In this document: piece by piece, positions 36,642 to 48,510 of the stretch | Layout of the letters: each line of letters starts with the position of its first letter | Position numbering within the stretch: the stretch's first letter is position 1 | Source of the DNA: Blepharisma stoltei ATCC 30299 | Taxonomy: Eukaryota; Protista; Ciliophora | Assembly (NCBI GenBank): GCA_965603825.1 | Contig: CBFDEM010000060.1 | Span: 1-64,000, forward strand | DNA length: 64,000 bases | Direction: 5' to 3' | Position numbers and translations under genes: made by a program | The notes under the pieces: model-generated | Seen by the model: only the letters and a program-made list of their open reading frames with translations | What the model was told of the DNA's origin: nothing | The model's database searches: none

Positions 36642-38210
36642 ATGGGTTGCGTGGATTCAAAACTTTCATGCTCAAGCGTAGAAAGGTCTATAATGAACGC
36701 TGAAGCAGAATTAGGCTATGAGAAGAAGAACTGCTGATATATTGACTTTATTCACAGAAAATACTCAATTGGAGGCTGGGTGAATCATGAACAGTGAAGA
36801 GATATCTCATGCTCCCTTTTAATTCAAACAAAAAACACCTCATCTAATACAAAAATTGAAAGATTTTTTAGCAGCATTGCAAATTTCAATGGAAAACTTC
36901 CTCTCAAATCTTTGCTTATTATTGGCTTTCTCCTCGGTGAAGGGACATATCAGGAAAAATCTCAGCTTTTTTTCGATATTTATGACACAAATAACTCAAA
37001 AATTATTTTTAAATCAGATATTCATGCACTAGTTGAAGAAATGCTCGATATAGCAATTAATAAAATTCCTATCCTTGCATGTAAGCCCCAAGCTTCAAAT
37101 GAAGAAGACTTCCAAAAATACTTGCAAGAACTACATCAATTTAAAGAGGCTGCTCAAGAATTAATTGTAAGGAAATTCATTGGAGCTGACAATTCAGAAC
37201 ATTCAATTACCCTATCAGAATTTCAAGCAAATTTTCAAGATATTTCGACTGCTGAGTTGCTAAGTTCTCATGGATTAAGATCATTTGTGTATAGCCAGAA
37301 ATCTGCCTTGAAGTCAACAAATTTTAAACAAAAAAAGAAAAAATCAAATTTTTTATCGTCTGAAGAAAGTGAAAATGCAGAAATAATTAATGAAGAAACC
37401 GTTGAAAAAACAGAGCAAGAAAGCAATGGCACTACAATAGAAACTGACCGAATTATTTTTGTAAAAAATTTTACAAATCAAATAGTCACCCTGAGCTTAA
37501 AATGTAAAACAAAATCCTCAATGTCCTCGATAGATTTTTTCAGTGAATTAAAATTATATGGGTCTATATGCATTCCAAATCAAAGGGTATTTTTTTATGG
37601 TGGAATCTTGCCTGGAAATAAGACTTCAGCTGATGCATTTATAGTTGATAAAATGGGCTATCTGACAAAACTGGTATCATATCAGCCTACTTGTAAAATT
37701 GATTTGGCTCATTTAAATAATAGTGTCTATGCTTTTGGGGGAGACCCACATATTTCTTGTAGGTATAATTTATCAATGAATAGGTGAGAAAATTGCTCAG
37801 AATTGCCAATTGGGAATTTTGCTAACTCGAATCTCCTAGCTTTTAAGGATAATATTATGCTAACTAGCAAATTCAGTGATAGGTTGTTTTATTTTGATAC
37901 AAATCAAGGCTCTTTCTATGAAATTGTGGGTTTGAAATTGAATGAAAATGCATTAAAATTAATGTTTTCAGTAAAAAATAGAGTTTATATTGCAGAATTG
38001 TCAGGGAATGTATATGAAAGTGAAATTAATGGGTTCTTAGCATGAAAGAATATTGGGAGGATGAAAAAATACGATTTTGATTGTGAAATCGGCTCTTATA
38101 TGGCCATCTATCGGAATAATTTATTTTTCATTAATAAAATCACAGGCAAAAATGAACTGATGGAATTCAAATTGCAAGAAAAGATTTTGAGAAAGATCCG
38201 CACACGATAG
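36642..38210 (+). CDS. N-acylated EF-hand protein fused to a Kelch-like propeller (~522 aa)
   Basis: MGC start; EKSQLFFDIYDTNNSKII (EF-hand-like); C-terminal VFFYGG, NNSVYAFGG, RYNLSMNRW, VYESEI. One frame through four UGAs to TAG 38208. Confidence 0.8.
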
Positions 38211-38406
38211 AAAATCAATAATGCCTCTTGCATTACTGAGTAACTTGGCTTTTCCAATATGATTTATAACACTCTCTAATAAATAATGCGTAAACGCATG
38301 ATTATCTATTTATTTTCTATAAATACCCATTTTATAATTCCATTGCATAATTTTCATATAAACCTTTACCTAATTAAAAATTTTTGTTAAATAATTTCCT
38401 TATAAA

Positions 38407-38937
38407 ATGGTCCGAGGCATGGATAGAGGATTTCGTCGTGGAGGGGGACCTCCACGATTCCAAAGAGAAGAAGGCCCACCAGACCAAGTCATCGAAGTCG
38501 GCGAAGTTATTCACTCTTCTGAAGGTAACCAGCTTCTCTGCAAAGCCACAATTGACCAAGTCCCATGGTTTTCTAAAGGCGTCTACCTAGAAAACAAAGC
38601 ACAAATCGGCAAAGTAGACGAAGTCCTCGGGCAAACTTTTGACTTTGTAAGCTTTATTTAGATGTTTAGCGTGCAACTGGACGAAAATATGAAGGCAGAG
38701 AGCTTTGAAAAGGGCACAAAAGTCTATATGAGTCCTGCATTTCTGTTTCCAATGGCAAAATTCACCAGTCCGCCTACAGCTAAAGCTGGTGGAGGCAGAG
38801 GACGTGGCGGAAGAGGCGGCAGAGGTGGAAGAGGAGGATCATTCAGAGGAGGTGACAGAGGTGGAAGAGGAGGATCATTCAGAGGTGGAAGAGGAGACTC
38901 AAGAGGAGGAAGAAGAGGAGGGTTTAGACGATTTTAA
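38407..38937 (+). CDS. GAR1: H/ACA RNP subunit Gar1
   Basis: GPPDQVIEVG, VPWF...VYLENKAQIGKVDEVLG, and an RGG tail. One 15-nt intron. Confidence 0.96.
38647..38661 (+). other. 15-nt intron GTAAGCTTTATTTAG
   Basis: Removal joins FDF|MFSV and removes an in-frame TAG. Confidence 0.93.
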
Positions 38938-39005
38938 AGAATAAAATTTTCTTTATAGGAGAGTTTGATATAAATTCATATAAATTAGGATATGAACTAT
39001 AAATT

Positions 39006-39596
39006 TTATGATTCCGAATTTTGGGTCAAGGACTTTTTTTTGATGATAATTCTGCCTTTCCCTAAACAAACCACCATAATTACTGCAAAAAGACCAGAAC
39101 ACCCACATACGATTAGCATAAAATACTGTACTGCAAGAATTGCAATGGTTAATGCCCAAGCAGTTCAAAATTCTAATTAGAAATTACTTTCTTGGCAAGA
39201 GTCGTCCCATCATATCCAGATTGTCCCTAAAATCAGCCAAGTAATAAAGAAAAGAATTGACAGTGTATAAAATGAAACATATAGAATATGAACTCAAACC
39301 CTTTCCAGCAGTTTTTCATGAATAATCAATTCAAATAGCAGTGCAAACGATGTCCCAAATCCTGAAAACGCTGCATATACTATCAGCCACGCACGAATAG
39401 GCTGATCACATTCATCCCCTCAATGCGACACCAAAATCACAATAATTGCAATAATTAAAGCTCAATGGCAGCACGAGTTCACAGCCGCAGTCAAAACTTT
39501 ATGTTTTTTCCTTTGCATATACAATGCTTCTTTATCCATTTCATCCTTCGTCAGTGCTTTCTCAAAGGATTCAGGGTTTTCTTCTTCTATACTCAT
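39006..39596 (-). CDS. Four-pass membrane protein (CDQPIRAWL type, like the TM module of plant/protist RING E3 ligases, but with no RING); missed by the ORF track
   Basis: ATG 39596, five UGA=Trp, a 15-nt intron, TAA 39006. HWGDECDQPIRAWLIVY...WLILGTIWIWWDDSC. Confidence 0.82.
39173..39187 (-). other. 15-nt intron GTAATTTCTAATTAG
   Basis: Removal eliminates an in-frame TAA and opens the last TM segment. Confidence 0.88.
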
Positions 39597-39639
39597 ACTA
39601 AGTTATAATTATGTTATAAAAAGATGAATTATTTTGAAA

Positions 39640-40059
39640 CTAATATTTTTTGTCCTTCTTTTGAGGCTTCCACTCTTCTGGCTTGAAAGGTTCATTTGGT
39701 TTGGAATTTGCTGTCTTCTGCATGACATCTCTGAACTCTTTCATTTTTTCTTCATCTACTTTGTCGGCTTCTTCTCCTATTTTTTTGCGATATAAATAGG
39801 AATCTTGAGAGGATTTGACGTCTTCAGGTTTTGGCGGGTTTCGATCTCTACCACAAAGCCATCCAGCCCATATTGGGTCCATGGTTGGATTTCTGATTCC
39901 TTCTTTATACTCGACTTCACGCTTAAAAGGTCTTCCATCCTCATCTAAAATCTGGTAATATTTATTTTCGTACATGTCAGTCCCGACTAGTTTTCTGCCG
40001 TCTGTATTCCTTAGGAAGTTGCGTAGATTTTTTAAAAACCCGAATCTTCTTATTATCAT
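39640..40059 (-). CDS. NDUFA12-family protein (NDUFAF2-like complex I assembly factor)
   Basis: LVGTDMYENKYY...REVEY...PIWAGWL...R.PP, ending in PEEWKP. Confidence 0.82.
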   Translation of the reverse strand: MIIRRFGFLKNLRNFLRNTDGRKLVGTDMYENKYYQILDEDGRPFKREVEYKEGIRNPTMDPIWAGWLCGRDRNPPKPEDVKSSQDSYLYRKKIGEEADKVDEEKMKEFRDVMQKTANSKPNEPFKPEEWKPQKKDKKY

Positions 40060-40174
40060 TTTTATTATTTGAATGGATTTTTAGAGAAAATTGATAAATA
40101 ATAAGAAGGTTCTAGATTCGATTCATGATATTTAAATAAATTTAATTCATTAATTATACTCTTCAATTTTTAAG

Positions 40175-40895
40175 TTAAATTATATCGAAATACCACTCTG
40201 ATTTCATTTTTTCCCAAAATCTTCGAAGTACGACTGAGCATGGTCGATTCCGAAATGTTTCATCCCCAGCAGTAATGAGACCAAGTATTGATGTAGCCCT
40301 AATACTTTTCAAAGTTTCATTTCATGATTATTTTGGCCATATTAGGTGGGCTTTGAAAATATTCATAAAATGGGAATTTAAGATCTACACAGCCGTCTTC
40401 TAGTACTTTTTTTCTTCATCAATAAATTCTTTGAAACTTTCCAATTTATCTCATAAGCAATTCGCCAATTTTGCTATCAACGTGAGGAACTCTTGGGTAT
40501 GCTCACATCTCTATAGCTCCTTCTTTATCTAAAACCTTATAAATAGTCTCATTACATTGTTCTAACTTAAAACAATGCAAAACTTGCAATATTATAATCA
40601 AATCCATGCTTTATGAGCTAAATATGGATGGGTATCTATATATTGTCAGAAAGTTTTGCTAGTAACTACTGAAAAATAGGGAAATTAATTGACTGAAGCA
40701 TTGTTCATCTGCTTTTTACTGATATCAGTTCTCCAATAGTTACATAAAAGAATAACAATGGCCATTTCCAGTGTTAAAATCATAGGTAACTGAATGCTTT
40801 ATAGTGAGGGAAGAAGGAATGAAAAAGACTGGTCCGAATAGCCAGGAAGGTATTTGGCATAAACAGAAGAGTGCCCAGAAAATAAATCACTTGAA
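40175..40895 (-). pseudogene. Decayed class I SAM-dependent methyltransferase (Methyltransf_11-type)
   Basis: Colinear fragments in shifting frames: DLFSGHSSVYAKYLPGY, YDFNTGNGH, TDISKKQMNNA, SMDLIIILQVLHCF...KVLDKEGAIEMWAY, DLKFPF, GYINTWS. Several TAA/TAG stops. Confidence 0.72.
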
Positions 40896-41635
40896 AAATA
40901 TCTATTGATTGAAATGAAAATGCTTTTAATATTAATTACTAATGAGAAGAATTTACGAATAAAAATGTTTGAGAAATTGCAAAGATTTATTTTTTTAAAA
41001 AATTTCATTGATAAGAGTACTATTTAATCATCAAAAAATGGCTCTCTAGTCGATTTTTAAAGCCTTATTTAATCATAATATTTAAATTATGGCTCTATTT
41101 AGGCGATTCCTCATTAGCTTGGATTTTAAGTTACAAATTTAGCAAAGCTTTTAAAGGTCCCATAGAAAATAATTTAAATATAAGCAAGCCAACTCGAAGA
41201 TATTGCATAATTATTCTTCTCTCTATGTCTTTAGATCATTATAAGTATATTTTTTGATTTATTAATTAGTTCGTGTCCCATTTTCTTAAATAACCGAACT
41301 TAAAGTATATTTAAAGCCTTTTAAAGAAGGCTAAATTATTTTTACTTATAAATATTATAATTGTTTTCATCATGAACTATTTATATTATTGCTTTATTTA
41401 TTTCCAAAATAGCTTGATTAGCACGAGTTGACTTATAGATAAACAACTGTTGATATTTAAGCTAACTTCTACCTATATCTACCTTATCAAAAAGAGTGCC
41501 TTATATAATTCTCTTATTAGTTGTTTGCCTAATAGGAATTCCTTTATAAGGATAAACCGGTATAGTTCACAAATCTGAAAACGACAGCATAAATTATCAG
41601 TTCATGTCTTTTTATGAGCTTAATTAATTTTATTT

Positions 41636-42358
41636 TTATTCATCTAGCCATCTAACCCTTCTCCCATTTTCCCATTCTCCTTCTCTTTTTGTTCCATCTT
41701 GTGCTATATGCACCCCTTTTCCATGCTGTTTCCCCTCATGCCACTCTCCTTCATATCTTCTTCCATCAGGCCATTTAAAAATTCCAAAGCCTTCCTTTAC
41801 GTCATCTACATAGTTTCCTTCATAACATCTGCCATCTGGAAACTTAAAATTCCCTTTTCCATGCATTTTGCTATAATTTCAGCCTCCTGTATAGTTTCTT
41901 CCGTCTGAAAAATTATATGTCCCTTCTCCATGGAGTTTGCTGTCTTTAAAGCCTCCATCATAGCTGCTCCCATCTGGAAAGCTTATAGTTCCATGGCCTT
42001 CTTTGACGCCATTTGCAAAATCGCCTTCATATTTAAACCCATCAGGATAGGTTTCTATTCCTCTTCCGTGTTTTGCGTCATTTAGAAAATAGCCTTCGTA
42101 TTTGCATCCGTCCTCGCTTTGGTAGACTCCGAAGCCAGATTTTTCGCCGTTAAAATAATTGCCTTCATACCAGCTGCCATCTGAGTTATTATGCTTTCCT
42201 TTTCCACTTGGTTTGTCATTTTCTCAATTTCCTTCGTATCTTGAACCGTCTGGCCACGTTAAAATGCCATACCCATGACATTGATGCAAGCTGTTTCACT
42301 CTCCTTCATATACATTGCCACTTTCGAGCGTTACAGGCTCATATCTTGGTTTATCCAT
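41636..42358 (-). CDS. MORN-repeat protein (~240 aa)
   Basis: ATG 42358 in frame through UGA=Trp (YEGEW, YEGNW). Tandem YEG...HGxG repeats. Confidence 0.93.
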
Positions 42359-42820
42359 TAATTCTTTATTAGAAGTAAATGGTTTTTTTTTATTGGAATT
42401 TTATTTATATTTTTTTATAAATATACATAATGCTTAAAAATATAGGAATAAAGGTATTTCAAATATAGAGAAGGGGTTTTTGTAATAAAAATATATTTAA
42501 TTGGTCATTACTTGAATTTTTATTATCTTCGCTTTTTCGAATTTTAAATTAAAAGTAATTTAATATTAAAATTATGGCATACAAATTTAAGCATTTGAAT
42601 AAATTAAAAATCGGAAAGAGAGTAGTCTAATTTTTTATAATAAATTCAAATTTTCTAGCAGATTATTATAAATATAAAGCTCTTATAATAAAAAATTATT
42701 AGTCAATAAATCCCCTTTATAATATCTTCTTCTATTTCTTAAATTATTTTCCATGCTTTTCTATCATTAAAATTTTCCATAATTTCTCATATTAATTGCA
42801 TTTATCAGAACCAAAAAAAT

Positions 42821-43432
42821 ATGGAAAGTGAATGGCCAATTAAAGGACAGCAAGTCATAGAAAGTGGTCTAGAAGAGTTCAAGGTCCTTCTAAGTAACTC
42901 AGGCTGGTCTACTGTAGAAGACAAACAAGGGGTTTTAACAACCTCTCAGACCTATGAACGAACTTTTTACACAAAATCAATCGCCGATGTCAATGCATTC
43001 CCAGACACAATTATCAATTTTTTCAGCGACCCTGCCAATATAAAGCTCTGGAATCCCAAAGTTTATAATCAGCAGGTCTTATTAGAGTCTGGCAACCTCA
43101 AGCTTATTAAATTCCAAATAAAACATAAATGGCCTATAGAAGATCGGGAATTTTTATATGTCAGCAAAACTTTTACTATGCCAGAAGGGCCTGTTTATTT
43201 AATTGAAAAAAGTATTGATTTGCCGTCAATTCCAGTAGCTAAAAAGCATATACGAGGATTTTATCATTGTGGGTATTTATTTGAGCCAAAAGACGAAGAA
43301 ATGACAAGGGTAACGTTGATTTCTGGAATAAATCCTATGGGAAGTGTCCCGTCTGCAATAAAGAATAAAATAGCTAAGAAATGGGTGGATCGGCTGAAAA
43401 TTGCAAAAGAAAAATTTGATAAAAAGGAATAA
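42821..43432 (+). CDS. START-domain lipid-binding protein
   Basis: GWSTVEDKQGV, KLWNP, WPIEDREF, HIRG, TRVTLI...NPMGSVP. Confidence 0.9.
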   Translation: MESEWPIKGQQVIESGLEEFKVLLSNSGWSTVEDKQGVLTTSQTYERTFYTKSIADVNAFPDTIINFFSDPANIKLWNPKVYNQQVLLESGNLKLIKFQIKHKWPIEDREFLYVSKTFTMPEGPVYLIEKSIDLPSIPVAKKHIRGFYHCGYLFEPKDEEMTRVTLISGINPMGSVPSAIKNKIAKKWVDRLKIAKEKFDKKE

Positions 43433-43461
43433 TTTTAAAATGGCTTTATCTAAATTAAATA

Positions 43462-44688
43462 ATGATCACTGATAGTAAAGAGTTTTCAACTTTCCTTGAA
43501 AATTTAAAAGGCAAAAGTTCAGCAGAAATAGGCCTCTTTATAGGCTACACCAATTTAGAAAAATCATACATTTATATGCAAGCAAATGCTCCTACCATAG
43601 AAATCTCATCCCATAAGAATATCTCCCCACTGTTGTCATGCCCACTGACAGTGCCAGAAACGACATATGCAGACTGAATATTAGAATATGCCAAGCAGCT
43701 TTCAAGGGTTCTGCCTGGAGGGCTTGAGATTTTGGGTATTTTCCTGGTATCTGAAGATGACATCAGCTTAGAGAGTTTCCTTGGATTTCCTGAAGGCTTG
43801 TTAAACCTATTGGTTGACCTTAATTCTGAAGTCTTAGAAAAGGACAGCTTGATTGTTTTTCACTTCGCAATCCAAAGCCAAAAAACCACTGCAAAGATAA
43901 TCGACTTGAAAAATAAAATTATCAGCTCACCTGAACTAAAGCTAGCAACAGTCCCAAAGCTTGAAGAAGTCAGATGCTTTATAAAAACGTCCTTAGAAGC
44001 AGCTGAAGAAGAAAATTCTCATATCATTATCCAGCAAATTATAAGAGAATGAGGCAACCAATTGAAAAATAATGTTTTTTCAATAGATGGCCAAACTAAA
44101 GCAGATATTGCTATAGGAAGTTTAAAAACAGTAAAAAATATATAGGAAAAAAATTACCATGTAGCTGAAATCTACTCATCGGCCCCAGGATTTTGTACAA
44201 ATTCTAATGCTCCTAGAATTAGGGTCCAGGGTTATATAGAAAGCAGGGTACTAGTTCATCCTAAAAGCACGATAAAAGAAGCTAGAGAAGTTGTCATTAA
44301 GGATTTATTATTTTCATTGAAAAATAGGTTTGAAATAATTTCTGAAGAAATACCATTACAAGAAAATCCATTTTTAAATACTCCAGTGAAGTTTGTAAGC
44401 CAGCTGCCTAGAAGAGCATTTTTTAATTTAAATAACGGCTGCATTCTGAGTAGCTATGGCACAACTTCACAAGATAAAGATTTTATTCAAGCTTATGCGA
44501 CTGCAATTTCATCAGCAAAATTAAGCTATACAGAATCAAGGGAATTTCACTTAAAAGTTGACTCGCCGCTGGAGATAGAGAAGGCGGAAGAAAAAAAAGA
44601 CCAAATAGAAAATATGAGATTTATGATCATTTTAGCCGTTATTTTTGCAGTGCTGTTGGTATCGTTCTTAATAAAAGCATATAGATAA
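43462..44688 (+). CDS. ODR-4-like tail-anchored ER protein
   Basis: DWILEYAKQLSRVLPGGLEILGIF (W = UGA 43675), IKDLLFSLKNRF, QLPRRAF, and a C-terminal TM. One 15-nt intron. Confidence 0.85.
44131..44145 (+). other. 15-nt intron GTAAAAAATATATAG
   Basis: Removes the only in-frame TAG in the ODR-4 frame. Confidence 0.88.
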
Positions 44689-44819
44689 TGTAATTTACAC
44701 AAATTAATTGCTAAGAGATTTGCTAAAATTTATTTCAGTATATATTTTAAATACTGAACAAATTATCTGACTTTGCAATGGTTTCTCAGATAAGATGGGT
44801 AATATTTTATTAATTAGAT

Positions 44820-45887
44820 ATGTGTTCCACCGAAGATTACCCAAATCCTACAAATGAATCAGAAACCAGTTTCTCAGAAGTTATCGAGGATTTTACTAGT
44901 TTTACCCACGAGGATAATAAACGAAATCCGTCTTCTTTATCATACCTGATCCCTTCTAGTTGTGGGAATTCCTTACCCATCAAAAGTGGGTGACTTCGTA
45001 AGCGCACCAGTGGTTTGATCCACAGATGGGTAAAACGATTTTTCGCTCTAAGAAATAAAGTTTTAACTTATTGCTATGCTGAATCTGACAAAAAATTTGC
45101 AGGAATAATCAATTTTGACCTAGTCACTTCTGAAATCCAAGTGAATTCAAATATCATAACGCTCACAGCTATTGGATGCAAGAAATTATTAATTCTTAAA
45201 GCAGACAGTGAAAAATCTGCAAATTCTTGGGCGAATGCAATATCTCTCCACATCCAAAGCTCACAAGGCCAAAAAGTGAATTTACCAGTATCAAGTAAAA
45301 ACTTTTGAAAATTCGGAAGAATCTCAGAAAAGCAGTTTCTATCGGTCGCCTCAACAGGAGATATTTTGCTATTCAAAGCAAATAATTTTGTTTCTAAAAT
45401 GCAAAGGGTCATTACGCATAGCGAATATGACCATGTTGCGATTATTTTGAAATATACGTCAGGAAGAATTGGGATTTTAGAAGCGACTTCTGAAGACGGG
45501 GTCTCTGTAGTTATGTGGGATGATTTTAAATATTACCAATTTCACAAACTTTATAATAGACTCGTATATAGGCAGCTGCATACAGAGAGAAGCAATGAGA
45601 TGCTTATGGAGGTTGAAAGTTTCATTAAAGCTGTCAAAGGGAAGAAGTACAATATTTCACCAAGAAAATTGATAAGGAACAAAGAAGATAACAGTAAGCA
45701 GCAAGGATTTTTCTGCTCAGAGCTGGTTGCTGCTGCTTATAAATCTATTGGGTTGCTGCCAGAAAAGCCGCCAGCAAGCAAATATTGGCCAGGAGATTTT
45801 TCAGAAAAGAAAAAAATACAGCTGCTAAAAGGAGCGAGATGTGGAGAAGAGCTTATCATTGATTTTGACCTAGACTCAAGAGATTAA
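44820..45887 (+). CDS. PH domain + permuted papain-like NlpC/P60 (YiiX/C92-type) protein
   Basis: KSGWLRK...RWVKRFF...SANSWANAI (PH); GDILLF...YDHVAI...FFCSELVAAAY (His before Cys). Two UGA=Trp. Confidence 0.88.
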
Positions 45888-46004
45888 TATACTACTAATT
45901 TTATATCAGTATTTTATAATTTTTTCATTTTTCCACATTTATTGAAATTTATTGCCTATTATCAATTATCAATAAAAATTATTTAGCTTTGTTTTAAGAC
46001 ACTA

Positions 46005-46943
46005 TTAAGTAAGTTTAGAATCAAGCCATCTGATCCTTTTCCCTAGCTGCCACTCTCCCTTTCTTGGAGGAGAATCATTCGAAGACGCCCATCCAATTCC
46101 ATGCTGTTTTCCATTTAGCCAGCTTCCTGAGTACATTTTTCCATCTGGCCACACAAAAGTTCCTTGTCCTTCTTTCTTATCAAAATTGTAATCCCCTTCA
46201 TAGACTCTTCCGTCAGGCCATTCGAATCTTCCAAAACCATGCATTTTGTTATCGACCCATTCTCCAGTGTATACTCTTCCGTCAGCCCACTTATAAGTCC
46301 CTTTACCATGGATGTTGTTATTTAAATATTCCCCTGTATAAGAGCTTCCATCAGCCCATTTGAAGACTCCGTTACCATTTTTGGCCTCATCTTTGAAATC
46401 CCCAATATACTCAGCTCCATCAGGCCACGTTTCTTTTCCCTCCCCATTTTGCTTATTATTTTTCCACTGCCCACTATAAACTGCACCTTCGCTATTTATA
46501 AGTGTTCCATACCCTTCAACGATCCCATTCACATAATCCCCATAATAAAAATCACCATTTGAGTATATTGCTCTTCCTTTCCCATGTAAAGCACCGTTTA
46601 ATCAGGTGCCTTCTAGCAAACTTCCATCTTCTAAAACACGCATTCCAAATCCATTTGGAATATTATTTTTGGCTTCTCCTCTATAGATTCTGCCATCAGA
46701 TTCCTTTACTTCTTTTCACGTCGTTGAAGGCGGCGGCAAAAGTGGCGGCTGCGAGTTTCATATAGAAAGAACACTTTGAGATATTGGTAGCCCTGCAATG
46801 TTATCATAATAAGATTTGGACTGATACAGCTCATCTGGCATGGTCGCTTCTAATTTTTCGATTTTTCTATTGCCAAGCTTCTCCACTACAATTCCGGCGT
46901 CGCGTTCTTTTTCGTCAGTGCATTTACAATCAAGATTCCCCAT
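46005..46943 (-). CDS. N-myristoylated MORN-repeat protein
   Basis: MGNLDCKC start, in frame through UGAs (46758 and others) with the MORN ORF. Confidence 0.9.
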
Positions 46944-47047
46944 AAAGATGAATTGAAATTATTTAATTTATTTAAAACTTGACAGTATACTGTAAAGATC
47001 ATTATTTAAAGCAAAAAATAGCTTTTTAGAGCTGTATAATGAATTTT

Positions 47048-47689
47048 TTAAACAAATACAAAATTTACCTTAGTTTTCTTCATGATATTTCCTATGTCGA
47101 ATTCTTCAGTGTCTTCTTCATATCTATCTGTTGGCTTATAGGATTCTTCGAGCATTTGCAAATATCTAGCTTTTATAGCTTCTAAGTCTTCATCTTCTTC
47201 GTTTTTTGTGGAGTTTCTTTCTCTTTTATCGATTCCGGAAAACCCATCTTCCCATTCCTCACTTCCTATTGGTGTGACTGGACCGCCTTTAGGAAATAGC
47301 AAATGGTTGTTTTTCTTGGAAATTGTGAGGGATTCTCGCAATGGAGATATGCTGCGGGCTTTGCGTTGGAATGGAAGGCCATTGTCTTTTCTGGATCCTT
47401 GGACCTTTGGTGAGAGCCTTTGATTTTTTAGTGGGTTTTTGTCTTTGATTGAGGTTAGTGAGGGTATTTTTGAGAGCTCTAAGGAAAAACTGGAGTTCGA
47501 TTTTGTGCTATTAGCATTTTCTATGGTATTTTCTTGTGTCAGCAAAGCTTGATAAGAGCTGTTGGTTGAGACCGCATCGTCATCAAGTGGATTTATTAAA
47601 AACGAAAAAGGTAGGTTTTGCTGCTTAGTTGATGGCTTATGTAGCTCTTCAGCTCTTGATTTTGTGATTGGTTTATATTTTTCTCTCAT
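47048..47689 (-). CDS. Hypothetical low-complexity protein (213 aa)
   Basis: ATG-to-TAA ORF with coding-like composition. Confidence 0.7.
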   Translation of the reverse strand: MREKYKPITKSRAEELHKPSTKQQNLPFSFLINPLDDDAVSTNSSYQALLTQENTIENANSTKSNSSFSLELSKIPSLTSIKDKNPLKNQRLSPKVQGSRKDNGLPFQRKARSISPLRESLTISKKNNHLLFPKGGPVTPIGSEEWEDGFSGIDKRERNSTKNEEDEDLEAIKARYLQMLEESYKPTDRYEEDTEEFDIGNIMKKTKVNFVFV

Positions 47690-48229
47690 AGTTTTTAAAT
47701 TATAATATCACGTAACAGAATAGACCTTTTTTATTATTTGATTTTAAGAATTCTAAACGATCTTTGGTTTTATTTAATTATTTTATTAGATTTCGATGAA
47801 ACACATTATGAAAAATTAAAAGATGTGCAATATAAACTAAAATTATAAATAAATGAAACGTTTTAATAAAATTTGAACTGTTATATTTTAGTAATGGCTT
47901 AACAAGGCATATTATAAAATCTTATAAATCTAAAATTTAGTTTTTAATTTTTTAGCTGATTCCCGCATTGCATTGGAATATTGATAGTAAATTATGGCTG
48001 GCTTATTTTAGTTCCAATACTTGTAGAAAAATGTTTGCAAGTTAAATCCTTAAAATTCATGCAAAATACGATTTCATGAGAGATTCAAATAGAAAAACCC
48101 TTTTGATGGTAAGCTTTTATTGAGTTTATTCTAGAATTCAGACTTATATATTTATTGCTTTTGAAGTCGTTAAGATGGCAATCTGATAACTATTTCTCGT
48201 AAATTCGGCATAAGCAAAATTTGTTAAAT

Positions 48230-48510
48230 TAATTTGGCTCGATTGCCAGCAGCTGATTGAAATCGCCATATCGTATATTAAATGAGAATATCTTATTTGG
48301 TGGGAAACATTATGGAAAATTTGCGGTATTCAGTTGAGAGCAACTCTTTACGACTATTAATCGTCAATTTTTGGATTTTAGAACAAAGATTCTGATAATG
48401 CAGAAATCAAACTTCATTTAATTTAATGCTATAATGGATCATTCTATGAAAGCATATTGAAGCGAGTTCTAGACTTAAAAATCAATCAAGTTAGTTACTG
48501 ATATAATGAA
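48230..48510 (+). pseudogene. Highly decayed Kelch-like family-1 relic
   Basis: Residual LARLPAAD, NILFGG, YSVESNS, KILI, NGSFYES segments with many frameshifts. Confidence 0.55.

Noticed and set aside
6324-46765. Many antisense or alternate-frame ORFs in the supplied track (e.g. 7079-7645, 16492-17142, 27951-28364, 45074-45412)
   Set aside because: They are shadows of well-supported genes on the other strand or frame, with no motifs of their own.
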